Below, in pieces: positions 31,769 through 41,554 of a DNA stretch of 51,262 nt. This DNA comes from a virus (lineage: Duplodnaviria > Caudoviricetes). Location of the stretch: the IMG/VR virus record IMGVR_UViG_3300033067_000549, positions 1 to 51,262 of that record; one strand, 5' to 3'. The translations under genes were made by a program, and so were the position numbers. The notes beneath the pieces were generated by a model that ran no database searches, was not told the origin of the DNA, and was given only the letters and a program-made list of their open reading frames with translations. Numbering within the stretch: the first letter of the stretch is position 1; each line of letters starts with the position of its first letter.

Positions 31769-34700
31769 GCATCGAAAAGTGCATCCGCACTATCCCCGTA
31801 AACCCCGATGACCTCGTGGAAATTCGCAAGTTTGTCGAGAGCGAGGGCTCCGAGAACAAGGGCATTAAGTCATGGCTCTCCTCGCTAGAGGGCGAATTGG
31901 AGGGGGTCTATAAGCAGATCGAGGCCAAGGGCTTCAACGCCAAGGAGACGCCGGACGCCGGAATCGCCTTTGCCGCCCGCCCTCAGCCCGGCTCGAATAT
32001 GCCGGTCAACCGGTCACAGGCCGGGGTGGTTGCCAACCAGAATGTGCCCGGGGTCGAGCGCCTCTCCAAGGTGACCGAGACCCTCCAGTCCATCACCGGC
32101 GCACCCGTCCGGCAGGGCAGGCTTGCCCGGGCTCCCAAGGGGCAGAAGGTGGCCGGGCAGTATGACCGCAACCAAGGGGTCATCCGCCTCGCCGACGCCA
32201 CCGACTTCGAGACCCAGACCCACGAGACCGCCCACTCGCTGGAGACCGAGTGGGGCCGCACCCTCGACGCCATCAAGAACACCCACCGGGCGGAACTGGA
32301 GACGCTGGCTTACCCCGGGGCAGACCCGCGGCAGACCCTCTCGGAAGGCTTTGCCGAGTGGTTCCGGTTCTATGTGACCACCCCGAACTATGCCCAGCGG
32401 CAGGCCCCGCAATTCACTCAGGCCTTCGAGGATATGATGAAGGCCGCTCCCCAGCAGATGGCCCGCATTCAGGACGTGCAGAAGCGTTACGCCGCATGGA
32501 CCAAAGCCCCCTCGAAAGCGGTGGTGGCGGCGGATGTGGTCTCCTCCCGGAAGGGCAACGCCATCGCCGAAGCGGTGGCCGAGGCCGGTGGCCCGCGGGA
32601 AGCCCTCGGCGAGTTCGCCTCCAAGGCCTACACCGCGGTCATCGACAAGCTCAATCCCATCAACCGGGCGCTCGATGAACTGATGAAGGTGTACGAAAAA
32701 CGCACCGGCAAGGCGCTCGACCTCAAGAGTTCCGAGGACCCCTACCGCCTCGCCCGTCTCACGGCTGACAGCTATGCCGCCGGTCATGTCGATGCCATGC
32801 ACGGCGTTGTGCCCTATCGCGGGGTGGTCTCCGAGGGCGCGAGCCTGTCCGACGCCATCACCACGGCGCTCGGCGCTCAATGGCGCGGCTGGGATGACAC
32901 GGCCATGGCAGACTTCGCAGCCTACCTCATCTCCCGCCGGTCCATCAAAGAGTACTACCGCTTCATGGCGGGCGACATCCCCAACCCGCCGGGCAAGTTC
33001 ACCCGGGGCGACTACGAGGTCACGGTCAAGGAACTGGAGGCCGCTCACCCGAACTATGTGCAGGCCGCCGAGATGGTTTACGAGTGGGGCCGCAACATGC
33101 TCCGCAAGAAATACGAGGCGGGCTTCATCGGGCAGGACCTCTACGAGGAGTTGCTCAAGCGCGAGGATTACGTGCCCCTCATGCGCGACCTCCGGGACCT
33201 CGACAAGGAGGCGGGCGCTGGCACCGGCGGCAACAAGACCCTCCGCAACTCCATCATGAAGGCCTTCAAGGGCTCCAAGCGGTCGGTCATCAACCCGCTC
33301 GAATCCATGCTCGCCGACTCCTACAAGACCAATGCCCTCATCAAGCGGAATGAAGTCTATCGCGCCCTCGCCAATGTGGCCGAACTGGCAGGCCCGGGCG
33401 GCGGTGCCATCATGGAGAAAATCCCCTCCGTCCAACTCAAGGGCTCAAAGGTCGGCGTGACCGAGGTGTTGCGCTCGGCCGCCAAGGAGGTCGGGCTCTC
33501 GCCTGATGACATCGACCAGATCACCACCCTCGCCGACGACCTCCTCGGGGATGAAGCCACCGGCACGGTGTTCCGGGCGGGCGACATCAACGAAAAGGGC
33601 GAGCCCATCATCTACGTGTGGAAGGACGGAAAGAAGCAGGCCTACCGCCTCGCCGACGGGCAATTCGGCCGGGACCTCTATGACTCGATGACTGGCATGA
33701 ACAAGGAAATGCGAAACCTGTTCATCAACATCATGGCGCTCCCCTCGACCATCGTGCGCTATGGCGTGACCACCGCGCCCCATTTCGTTCTCGCCAACTA
33801 CATCCGCGACCAGATCAGCGCATGGGTTCTCACCGGCCGGGGCTACATCCCCTTCATCTCCGGGGCGAAGGGTATGCGTGACGAACTCACCCAGCGGGAG
33901 ATCACCCGCATCTACAACACCTTCGGCGGCATCATGGGCGGCGGCAACGTGGCCTCGCTCGACAAGGGCCGGGCACAGCGCGACATCAATGCCCTCAACA
34001 AGAAGGGCTATAACGTCAAGCGGTTCGCTGGCATCCAAGGGTTCTCCGAGTTCACCGGCATCTCGGAAACCGGCACCCGCCTCGCCATCTTCGACAATGC
34101 CTACAAGAGGGCCAAGCGCGACGGGCTCACCGACTACGAGGCCGCGGTCGAGGCTGCATATCAGGCCCGCGATTACATCGACTTCGGCCGCCACGGCTCC
34201 CAGACCCATGCGGTTCGCCGCCTCGTCACCTTCCTCAACGCCTCGCTGCAAGGTCTCGACAAGACGTTCCGCACCCTCTCGGCCGAGGGCGCATGGAGGA
34301 AGGCTATCGCCCCCTACGTCACCCACCGGGAGGGCCGCCCCCTCTCGGCGCGAGACAGGGCCAACATGAAGCAGAGCGCCGCGGCCTTCGCCAAGATGTC
34401 GGCCATCGGCATGTTCGGCCTCGGCATCTCCTACCTCTACCGCGACGACCCGGAATACGAGGAAATCTCCGACTATCTCAAGGCCACCCACTGGATGGTC
34501 AAGAAGGGGCCGGGGGAATGGTACGCCATCCCCAAGCCCTTCGAGTTGGGCTTTGTCTCGAACCTCATGGAGGCCTCGTTCGAGAGCGTTTACAAGGGCA
34601 ACCCGGTGGCGATGGAGTCGTTCTATGCCGGGCTCTACGAGGTCACGGCCCCGCCCATGGGCATCCCCTTGTTCGAGACCATGTACGAGTTGAAGCACAA

Positions 34701-35598
34701 CCGCGACGGCCTCGGCCGCGACATCGTGGGGCCGGACATCGCAGGCTTCGAGCCGTGGCGGCAGTACACCGCCCAGACCTCCGAGATTGCCAAGGCCCTC
34801 GGGGGAGCGGTCAACGTGTCTCCGGCCAAGATTGACCATGCCTTGCAGGGCTGGGGGGCATCATGGGGCAAGATCATCACCGACGCCTCCAGCGCCCGGG
34901 CTCAAGGCCGGAGCGAGGTCGAGGTCCTCTCCGGGGCCATGACCAACCGCTTTGTGCGAGACGTGACCCGGGGCTCCACCTCCTCCATGCAATTCTGGGG
35001 GCTGGTCTCGGAAAGCACGGGCGAGTTCGCCAAGGCGGCAAAGACCTATCAGGACCTTGCCGAGAACGGCGCACCCGGGGCCGGTGAACAGATGCTCGCC
35101 TCCAAAGACGAGAACACAAAGGCCTTTGCTTTGATGCAGGCGCATTTCAAGCCCGACGTGGAGCGGCTCAATCCGCTCGTGCGGGCCAAGGATAGCATCG
35201 CCGTGATGTCAGCCCTCCGCAAAGAACTGGCGGGCAACAAGGTTGTGTCCTCCGAGGACTCGACCGACGAGGAGCAGGTCACCCTCACCCTCAATCCCAC
35301 CCAGCGCAAGATGGCGCAGGAGTTCCTCGCCCGGCTCCAGATGATCGAGGCCCGCAATTCCCTCGTGGTCATGGGCGTCCCGGGCTGGAAGCAAAAGACC
35401 TTGATGGAGACCGCCTCCCTCTACGAGGACCTCCGCACCACCTCGCCGGAACTTGCCGACGAGATGGAGGCCCGCATGGTCAAGAAAAAGGTATATGACT
35501 TTGAAGCCGTCCGAGAGGCGTGGCCCGACGTAAAGGCCCGTGTTCTGGAGGATGGCAAGGACGCCGACTTTTCAGACATCCTCGCAGGAATGGAGTAA
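31765..35598 (+). CDS. large polyvalent/ejection protein with zincin-like motif and LPD38 domain
   Basis: HETAH...EGFAE; DYVPL; IDFGRHG; YEEI.DY.K.THW...IPKPFELG...SPAKIDH. Confidence 0.85.
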   Translation: MSIEKCIRTIPVNPDDLVEIRKFVESEGSENKGIKSWLSSLEGELEGVYKQIEAKGFNAKETPDAGIAFAARPQPGSNMPVNRSQAGVVANQNVPGVERLSKVTETLQSITGAPVRQGRLARAPKGQKVAGQYDRNQGVIRLADATDFETQTHETAHSLETEWGRTLDAIKNTHRAELETLAYPGADPRQTLSEGFAEWFRFYVTTPNYAQRQAPQFTQAFEDMMKAAPQQMARIQDVQKRYAAWTKAPSKAVVAADVVSSRKGNAIAEAVAEAGGPREALGEFASKAYTAVIDKLNPINRALDELMKVYEKRTGKALDLKSSEDPYRLARLTADSYAAGHVDAMHGVVPYRGVVSEGASLSDAITTALGAQWRGWDDTAMADFAAYLISRRSIKEYYRFMAGDIPNPPGKFTRGDYEVTVKELEAAHPNYVQAAEMVYEWGRNMLRKKYEAGFIGQDLYEELLKREDYVPLMRDLRDLDKEAGAGTGGNKTLRNSIMKAFKGSKRSVINPLESMLADSYKTNALIKRNEVYRALANVAELAGPGGGAIMEKIPSVQLKGSKVGVTEVLRSAAKEVGLSPDDIDQITTLADDLLGDEATGTVFRAGDINEKGEPIIYVWKDGKKQAYRLADGQFGRDLYDSMTGMNKEMRNLFINIMALPSTIVRYGVTTAPHFVLANYIRDQISAWVLTGRGYIPFISGAKGMRDELTQREITRIYNTFGGIMGGGNVASLDKGRAQRDINALNKKGYNVKRFAGIQGFSEFTGISETGTRLAIFDNAYKRAKRDGLTDYEAAVEAAYQARDYIDFGRHGSQTHAVRRLVTFLNASLQGLDKTFRTLSAEGAWRKAIAPYVTHREGRPLSARDRANMKQSAAAFAKMSAIGMFGLGISYLYRDDPEYEEISDYLKATHWMVKKGPGEWYAIPKPFELGFVSNLMEASFESVYKGNPVAMESFYAGLYEVTAPPMGIPLFETMYELKHNRDGLGRDIVGPDIAGFEPWRQYTAQTSEIAKALGGAVNVSPAKIDHALQGWGASWGKIITDASSARAQGRSEVEVLSGAMTNRFVRDVTRGSTSSMQFWGLVSESTGEFAKAAKTYQDLAENGAPGAGEQMLASKDENTKAFALMQAHFKPDVERLNPLVRAKDSIAVMSALRKELAGNKVVSSEDSTDEEQVTLTLNPTQRKMAQEFLARLQMIEARNSLVVMGVPGWKQKTLMETASLYEDLRTTSPELADEMEARMVKKKVYDFEAVREAWPDVKARVLEDGKDADFSDILAGME

Positions 35599-35601
35599 CC
35601 C

Positions 35602-35940
35602 ATGGCTTCAACAATCACCGACCGCGTGACCAATGTGGTGAGCGGCATTGCCGTCACCACCGGCTACGGCATTATCAGCCTGACCAATGTGGCCGGGACC
35701 AACACGGTCACGGCAGACACCGCCCCGGCTATCGACGGCTACGTCACAAACATGTATTTCTCCGGTCGCCCGGCCAACGCCAACACCGGGCCGGTAGATG
35801 TGAACTTCGGCGAGGGCGGGCTGGTCAACCTGCTCAAGCCCAACGGGGACGAGTTGGCGGCTGGTGAGTTTGACCCGAACTTGGAGTATCTCATCAAGTT
35901 CAACGGTACGGAAATGCGAATCGTCACCCCCAGCTTCTAA
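35602..35940 (+). CDS. tail-fibre attachment-type protein, paralog of the fibre N-terminal domain
   Basis: GTNTVT...AP.....ANANTG...G.ELAAGE aligns by eye to GTNDIE...AP...ANTITG...G.TALGSGD of 35949. Confidence 0.7.
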   Translation: MASTITDRVTNVVSGIAVTTGYGIISLTNVAGTNTVTADTAPAIDGYVTNMYFSGRPANANTGPVDVNFGEGGLVNLLKPNGDELAAGEFDPNLEYLIKFNGTEMRIVTPSF

Positions 35941-35948
35941 GGTGGACC

Positions 35949-38759
35949 ATGAAACTCCTGAAATTCATCTCGGCCACACTTTCCGCTGCCATCGTGGCGC
36001 TGGTCTTTTCGGCCATCAATGCCCACTCGGCGGTTGACCGGGTTTGCAATTACACGGTGGGTTCGACCACCACGGCCACGGGCTTTGCCAACTGCACCGA
36101 GGAAATCGGCGACCTTGCCACCAAGGCTTTCGCCATTGCGGCCACGGTCTCCGGGACCAACGACATCGAGGTCACGAGCGCCCCGGTGGTCACCACCCTG
36201 ACAGATGGGCAGATGGTAGTGTTCACCGCTGCCAACACCATCACCGGCGCGGCCACCTTCAAGCTGGACGGCACCACCGCCCGGAGCCTTTACCAACTGG
36301 ACGGCACCACGGCCCTCGGGTCCGGGGACATCGTGGCCGGGGCTCGCTACATCCTCTCCTACAAGGCCTCGAACACCCGCTGGCTGCTTATGGGCACCCC
36401 GGGCACAGGCGCGGCTCCCGCTGCCGTGCCCTATTTGACGGTCGGCACCACGGCATCCCTTGCCCTTGAAAGGGCTATCGCCCCGGACGGCACCACCATC
36501 ACAGGGACGGACGGGGGCGCGAATGGCTCCTATGGTCTCTCGGTCACCACCAACGGCATCGGCAACGCGCAACTCCGGCAGGGGACGGCCACCTCCGTCA
36601 TCGGGCGCTCGGCCAACTCGACCGGCAACGTGGCGGACATCGCCGCCTCGGCAGATGGTCAATTCCTCCAGCGGTCAAGCGCGGCCCTGACTTGGGCAGT
36701 CCCCACGGCCACCCAGATCACCAACACCGGGGCGGGCAACATCGCGGCCTCGACCGTGCAGGCGGCCATCAATGAACTCGACACCGAGAAGCAACCCCTT
36801 GACGCGACCCTCACCGCTTGGGCCGCCTTCAACACCAACGGGCTCCTGACCCAGACCTCGGCGGACACGTTCACAGGCCGGACGCTGACAGGCCCGGCGG
36901 CGGGCATCACGGTCTCCAATGGCAACGGCGTCTCGGGCAACCCGACACTCGCCCTCGCAAATGACCTTGCCGCACTGGAGGGGCTGGCAAGCACTGGCTT
37001 TGCCGTGCGCTCCGGGACCGACACATGGGTCCAGCGGAGCCTCACCGCCCCGGCTGCCGGTCTCACCATCTCGAACAATGATGGCGTCTCCGGCGCTCCC
37101 ACCTTTGCGCTGGCAAATGACCTTGCCGCCTATGAAGGGCTCTCGACCACCGGCATTGTGGTCCGCTCGGCAACCGACACCGCCCTCACCCGGGCCATCA
37201 CCGGCACGGCCAACGAGATCACCGTGGCAAACGGGGATGGCGTGGCAGGAGCCCCAACTCTCTCCCTGCCCACGGCCCTCACCTTCACCGGCAAGACTGT
37301 CACCGGAGGCACCTTTTCCGGCCCCGGTATTACCACCCCGGGCGCTGGTATTACTTTCGCCGGTTCGACCTCCGGCACAACCACCCTTGCAGCCACGGCC
37401 ACGGCAGGCACCACGGCGCTCACGCTCCCGGCGGCCACCGACACCCTCGTCGGCAAGGCCACAACTGACACCCTGACCAACAAGACCTTTGACACGGCTG
37501 GCGCTGGCAACAACTTCTCGATTGCAGGCGTGGCCGTCACAGCCAACACCGGCACCGGCGCGGTGGTGCGGGCCTCCTCGCCAACCCTGACAACCCCGAA
37601 CCTCGGGACCCCCTCGGCCCTCACCCTGACCAATGCCACCGGGCTCCCCATCTCCGGCATCACCGGGCTCGGGACCGGCGTGGACGCATGGCTCGCAACC
37701 CCCTCCAGCGCAAACCTCGCCTCGGCAGTTACCGGCGAGACGGGCTCCGGGGCTCTTGTGTTCGGGACCGCCCCGACATTCACCACCAATTTCACCCTCG
37801 GCTCGGACACGGTTTCAGACCTCACCGGGCTCGGCCTTGCGTTGTCGTCCGGGGCCTTGGGGCTTGATGTATCAGGGGCCACCGATGAATTTTGCCTGAC
37901 ATACGAAAGCACAGGCCCAGCGATTGCGTGGCAGTCTTGCGGCGGCGGCGGTGGCGGCGGCTCCCCGGGCGGCACCAACGGACAAATCCAATGGAACAAC
38001 GCCGGGGCCTTCGATGGCTTTACCGCCTCGGGGGATGCCACCATCGACACCACGACCGGGGCGGTCACCATTGCCGCCAACGCTGTAGCCCTCGGGTCTG
38101 ACACGACCGGCAGCTATGCGGCAGGCGATGCAGAGGCGGGCGCGGCCCTCACCGGCGATAGCGCGACCTCGTTCTTTTCCTCGGGCACCCTTGAGGCCGC
38201 TCGCCTCCCGGCAGCTTCCGAGACAGCGCAGGGGGCGTGTGAACTTGCAACGACTACCGAGGCCGAGACCGGGACAGACACAACCCGGTGCGTTACATCC
38301 GCCGGGGTGGCCGCTGCGATTGCCGCAAACTCCACAGGCCTTGTGTATATTGGGCAAGTCGCTGGCACCACAACCGACGTTGACCTTGCTTTGGGTGGCA
38401 CCTACTCAAAGATCGTTCTAGTCGGATCGGTGTTCAGGAGTGCAGCGGGAAACGCAACCGTTGCTGTCTCTGACGATGGAACGACGTTTGGGACGGCTGT
38501 TTTGCTCAATGCGACAGGCTCCCAATTCTCTATGTCGCTTGGCTCTGTCGAAATTTCCGGGACCGGGCTAGCTGCGACAGACAAGACGATCACACCCAGC
38601 ATGGTGGCGGCCCATGACGTTGATGGCAGCACTGGCAGTTCTTCTCCTTTCAGCTCTGGCGGAACGGAGACTAGCGAAACTGGGGTGACAACTCATCTCA
38701 GGTTTGATTCATCAAACGGCGCCGTTGCTTACCAATGGACAGTTTACGGTGTGCCGTAA
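35949..38759 (+). CDS. tail fibre / receptor-binding protein
   Basis: Thr/Gly/Ala-rich; 52-aa repeats starting at 36879, 37035 and 37191; TDTLTNKT, PGGTNGQIQWNNAGAF and ASETAQGACELAT..E fibre motifs; directly before the lysis genes. Confidence 0.85.
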   Translation: MKLLKFISATLSAAIVALVFSAINAHSAVDRVCNYTVGSTTTATGFANCTEEIGDLATKAFAIAATVSGTNDIEVTSAPVVTTLTDGQMVVFTAANTITGAATFKLDGTTARSLYQLDGTTALGSGDIVAGARYILSYKASNTRWLLMGTPGTGAAPAAVPYLTVGTTASLALERAIAPDGTTITGTDGGANGSYGLSVTTNGIGNAQLRQGTATSVIGRSANSTGNVADIAASADGQFLQRSSAALTWAVPTATQITNTGAGNIAASTVQAAINELDTEKQPLDATLTAWAAFNTNGLLTQTSADTFTGRTLTGPAAGITVSNGNGVSGNPTLALANDLAALEGLASTGFAVRSGTDTWVQRSLTAPAAGLTISNNDGVSGAPTFALANDLAAYEGLSTTGIVVRSATDTALTRAITGTANEITVANGDGVAGAPTLSLPTALTFTGKTVTGGTFSGPGITTPGAGITFAGSTSGTTTLAATATAGTTALTLPAATDTLVGKATTDTLTNKTFDTAGAGNNFSIAGVAVTANTGTGAVVRASSPTLTTPNLGTPSALTLTNATGLPISGITGLGTGVDAWLATPSSANLASAVTGETGSGALVFGTAPTFTTNFTLGSDTVSDLTGLGLALSSGALGLDVSGATDEFCLTYESTGPAIAWQSCGGGGGGGSPGGTNGQIQWNNAGAFDGFTASGDATIDTTTGAVTIAANAVALGSDTTGSYAAGDAEAGAALTGDSATSFFSSGTLEAARLPAASETAQGACELATTTEAETGTDTTRCVTSAGVAAAIAANSTGLVYIGQVAGTTTDVDLALGGTYSKIVLVGSVFRSAAGNATVAVSDDGTTFGTAVLLNATGSQFSMSLGSVEISGTGLAATDKTITPSMVAAHDVDGSTGSSSPFSSGGTETSETGVTTHLRFDSSNGAVAYQWTVYGVP

Positions 38760-38807
38760 TTGCCCACCTTTGCCTTTTCAGCAACCCCACAAAGAGAGGG
38801 GGACAAG

Positions 38808-39140
38808 ATGGCAGTAGATCAACTTAAACAATGGGCGGCGGAAAACGCGGCCATCCTCGTCTCTGCCGTCTCGGGGGCGGCCCTGCAAGTCATGGTCGCG
38901 TGGCAACACCCGCGCATTGCCGTCCGCCATTTCCTCGCTGCGAGCATCGCCGGGTTTCTGTTCGGCCCGGCGGTTTACCGGGCTCTTGAGATTGTGACCC
39001 CATTTACAGGGGAGTCCGTAAAAAGCGGCGTCATCGGAGCGGTGGCTCTCGGAGGTGTGTATGCCGCTGAGGGCGTCCTCTTGTGGTGGCGGCGCTGGAG
39101 TGAGGACCCATCTTTTCCGTTCCCTTGGAGGAAACCATGA
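38808..39140 (+). CDS. putative holin
   Basis: Three hydrophobic segments; first gene after the fibre. Confidence 0.6.
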   Translation: MAVDQLKQWAAENAAILVSAVSGAALQVMVAWQHPRIAVRHFLAASIAGFLFGPAVYRALEIVTPFTGESVKSGVIGAVALGGVYAAEGVLLWWRRWSEDPSFPFPWRKP

Positions 39141-39274
39141 CAACGCGAGTGATGTTGGAGGTTGCCGCTGCCATAGTCGGGATTGCACTTGCGGCGTGGA
39201 GCGGCCCAACTGTGAGGCAGGCCATCGCACCTCAAATCGAAATCATCTGCCCTGTCTGTGGAGGCCCCCGATGA
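39137..39274 (+). CDS. 45-aa membrane peptide (not in ORF track)
   Basis: MTTRVMLEVAAAIVGIALAAWSG...CPVCGGPR; GGAGG RBS; ATGA overlaps at both ends. Confidence 0.55.
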   Translation: MTTRVMLEVAAAIVGIALAAWSGPTVRQAIAPQIEIICPVCGGPR

Positions 39275-39576
39275 AATGGCTCGCCCTCCTCGCCCTGTTC
39301 TCTGCCCCGGCCCTCGCTCAAGATCACGAGAACCACGATTGGCTCCAGTTCAAGATGAACGAGCGCGGGCAATCGTGCTGCTCCGGGGGCAAGTCAGGGG
39401 ACTGCCAGCCGGTCGAGTTCGATGCCTACACCGAGGATAACAAGGGCGGCGTGAACTATGGCCGCTTCTACTTCCCGCCCGGCAGCGTGTTCCCCACGGA
39501 GGACCGGCTCGGGCGGCCCGTCCTCTGCATCTGGAAGGGGCAGCCCCGCTGCGCTTTCGTTCCCCGTGGCTCTTGA
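39271..39576 (+). CDS. secreted Cys-rich protein
   Basis: Signal peptide MKWLALLALFSAPALA; SCC...DC...C...RCAFVP. Confidence 0.75.
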   Translation: MKWLALLALFSAPALAQDHENHDWLQFKMNERGQSCCSGGKSGDCQPVEFDAYTEDNKGGVNYGRFYFPPGSVFPTEDRLGRPVLCIWKGQPRCAFVPRGS

Positions 39577-39586
39577 AAGGACCAAC

Positions 39587-40132
39587 ATGACCCTCCCCAA
39601 GCAATACGCATGGCTCGCCAAAGAGGGCAGCCCTCGCCTCCTCGCCGTGGCGCTCTCGCTGTACGGCACTGCCGAGAAACCCGGCCCGGCAAACAACCCG
39701 TCCATCCTCGCATGGGCCAAGTCCACCGGCCTCGGCAAGATTTACAAGGCTGACAGCACGGCATGGTGCGGCCTGTTCATGGCCTATGCCGCGCTCCAAG
39801 CTGGCTGGGAGCCGCCGGTCAACCCGTTGCTCGCCCGCAACTGGCAGTCCTTCGGCGTCAAAGCCGAGACCCCCATGCTGGGGGATGTGCTGGTTTTCTG
39901 GAGGGGCAAGAATCCCTCGGGCTATCAGGGGCACGTCGGCCTCTATGTGGGGGAGGATGCCACGGCCTACCATGTTCTCGGGGGCAATCAGGCCGACCGG
40001 GTGACCATCAAGCGCATTGCCAAGAGTCGCCTGCTACAGGCTCGCCGGTGCAGGTGGAAAATTGCCATGCCCGGCAACGTCCGAGTGGTCAAGCTGGGGG
40101 CCTCTGGCAGTCTCAGCCAAAATGAGGCATAA
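39587..40132 (+). CDS. endolysin, TIGR02594 (NlpC/P60/CHAP-like) family
   Basis: E.PGPANNP.I..W, D.TAWCGLF, GHVGLY, VLGGNQ. Confidence 0.9.
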   Translation: MTLPKQYAWLAKEGSPRLLAVALSLYGTAEKPGPANNPSILAWAKSTGLGKIYKADSTAWCGLFMAYAALQAGWEPPVNPLLARNWQSFGVKAETPMLGDVLVFWRGKNPSGYQGHVGLYVGEDATAYHVLGGNQADRVTIKRIAKSRLLQARRCRWKIAMPGNVRVVKLGASGSLSQNEA

Positions 40133-40177
40133 GGACCGCGCCCGGCGGCCCCGGGCATAACACAGGGAACCCACCCC

Positions 40178-40495
40178 ATGAACTTCACGAACATCCTCGG
40201 AACAATCACCGCCATCCTCACGACGGTTGCCGCTTTCCTGACCGCCCTCGGGTGTGCCCCGGGTGCGAGCGATTTTGTCGCCACATGCCAAATCGACTTT
40301 CTCCCGGCTGAATGGGTCGCCTACATCGCCATCGCTGCCGGTGGCGTGTTCGGTGCGCTCGCCCTCGTTGGTAAGCTGACCCGGCCCGGCCCCAAGCTGG
40401 CAAGCCTGTTCGGCTCGACCGCCGTTGTGGTCCCGGCTGACAACCCCAAGTCCGTCCCCGGCACCGTGACACCGGAACAGGTGGCCGCGCCGTGA
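40178..40495 (+). CDS. membrane protein of the lysis cassette
   Basis: Two hydrophobic segments. Confidence 0.65.
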   Translation: MNFTNILGTITAILTTVAAFLTALGCAPGASDFVATCQIDFLPAEWVAYIAIAAGGVFGALALVGKLTRPGPKLASLFGSTAVVVPADNPKSVPGTVTPEQVAAP

Positions 40496-40722
40496 AAGAA
40501 GCCGTAGCCCTCCTCCAGCTTGCCCTCCTCGCCATGAGGTTCGTGAATTGGGTGACGGGCTACGTTGACCGAAAGACCTGGGAGGGCATCGGCTACCAGA
40601 AAGCCATGTCCGCCCAGGCCGCCCAACTCCAGCGGTCCCTCGGCCTTGCTGACAAGGCGGTCGAGGAGGCTCACAAAGCCACCCCTGAGGAGCGCCGTAA
40701 ATCGCTGGAGAGTGACCTGTGA
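40492..40722 (+). CDS. putative i-spanin-like protein
   Basis: N-terminal hydrophobic helix plus coiled coil; position after the endolysin. Confidence 0.5.
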   Translation: MKEAVALLQLALLAMRFVNWVTGYVDRKTWEGIGYQKAMSAQAAQLQRSLGLADKAVEEAHKATPEERRKSLESDL

Positions 40723-40970
40723 TTAAGACAGCCTTTGCCCTCGCCTTCCTCGCGGCAACCTCTACAGGGCTCAAGAATTGCGAAGGAAAGGCCCCTCCTG
40801 CCGGGGATGCCTGCCCGGTCATCAAGAGGACCCTCTATCCGGACTGCAAGTTCTCCCTCTCGGGCGCGGAAATCGACGCCTTGAGCGAGGCCAACCAGAT
40901 CAAGCTCGACTCCGTGAAGCGGTATTTCCGGAACTGCCCCGAGGCCAAGGCCTGCATGTCCGGAAAATAA
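40719..40970 (+). CDS. putative o-spanin-like exported/lipoprotein
   Basis: Signal-like N-terminus, Cys followed by Pro-rich linker; lipobox is atypical. Confidence 0.45.
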   Translation: MIKTAFALAFLAATSTGLKNCEGKAPPAGDACPVIKRTLYPDCKFSLSGAEIDALSEANQIKLDSVKRYFRNCPEAKACMSGK

Positions 40971-40974
40971 ATGC

Positions 40975-40997
40975 GGGGAGGTCGATTTAACCTCCCC
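40975..40997. terminator. hairpin at the convergence of the late and leftward operons
   Basis: GGGGAGGT-CGATTTA-ACCTCCCC; no clear U-tract. Confidence 0.45.
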
Positions 40998-41168
40998 CTA
41001 CACCGGCCTTTGCTTTCAACCCCAACTGTTAAAACCGGCATCCGGGGTGCAGGGGAACCGCGGCCCCTGCTCCGCCTACTCGCAACCCAGCCCGGTCGTT
41101 GTTCAGTCTTACGGGACCCATGGCCCCAGCGTTTCCGGGTTCGACTTTGGTTGCTTTCGCTCGGGATG

Positions 41169-41438
41169 CTATCTCACCCAGACACATTGCCCGGCTACCC
41201 CGAGCGCCTTGAGGCGGCAGCGTTCGGTTTCGCAGGCCACGGCGGTCGAGTAGGGGATTTCGAGGGTGCGGTCGCGGAGGGCCATCAGCAGCACCCCCTT
41301 GCCCTTGGGAACGTCCTTGAGGTTGTCGCAGAGGGGGTCAGCCGCCGGAACAGCGGAAGGCGCTGTAGGAGCATCCTGAGCGATTGCAGGGCATGTTGCC
41401 AAAATGGCACACATTGCGGCGATGGGGATGAGTTTCAT
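41169..41438 (-). CDS. exported Cys-containing protein
   Basis: Signal peptide MKLIPIAAMCAILATCPAIA; AGGAG RBS. Confidence 0.7.
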   Translation of the reverse strand: MKLIPIAAMCAILATCPAIAQDAPTAPSAVPAADPLCDNLKDVPKGKGVLLMALRDRTLEIPYSTAVACETERCRLKALGVAGQCVWVR

Positions 41439-41554
41439 GGGGTCTCCTGTTGAGGTGAAGGGGGACCGGGAGGGACCGATGCCACCGAGGTTGACGAGGC
41501 CTCGGCTACGCGCCCTCCCGGCCACCGGGGTTTGGGTGATGAGCCCTCCCCGAT

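Noticed and set aside
35949-40970. Diversity-generating retroelement at the tail fibre (BPP-1-like gene order)
   Set aside because: No reverse transcriptase and no template/variable repeat pair seen.
41110-41155. GGGTTCGACT resembling a tRNA T-loop
   Set aside because: No T-stem closure, acceptor stem or cloverleaf could be built.
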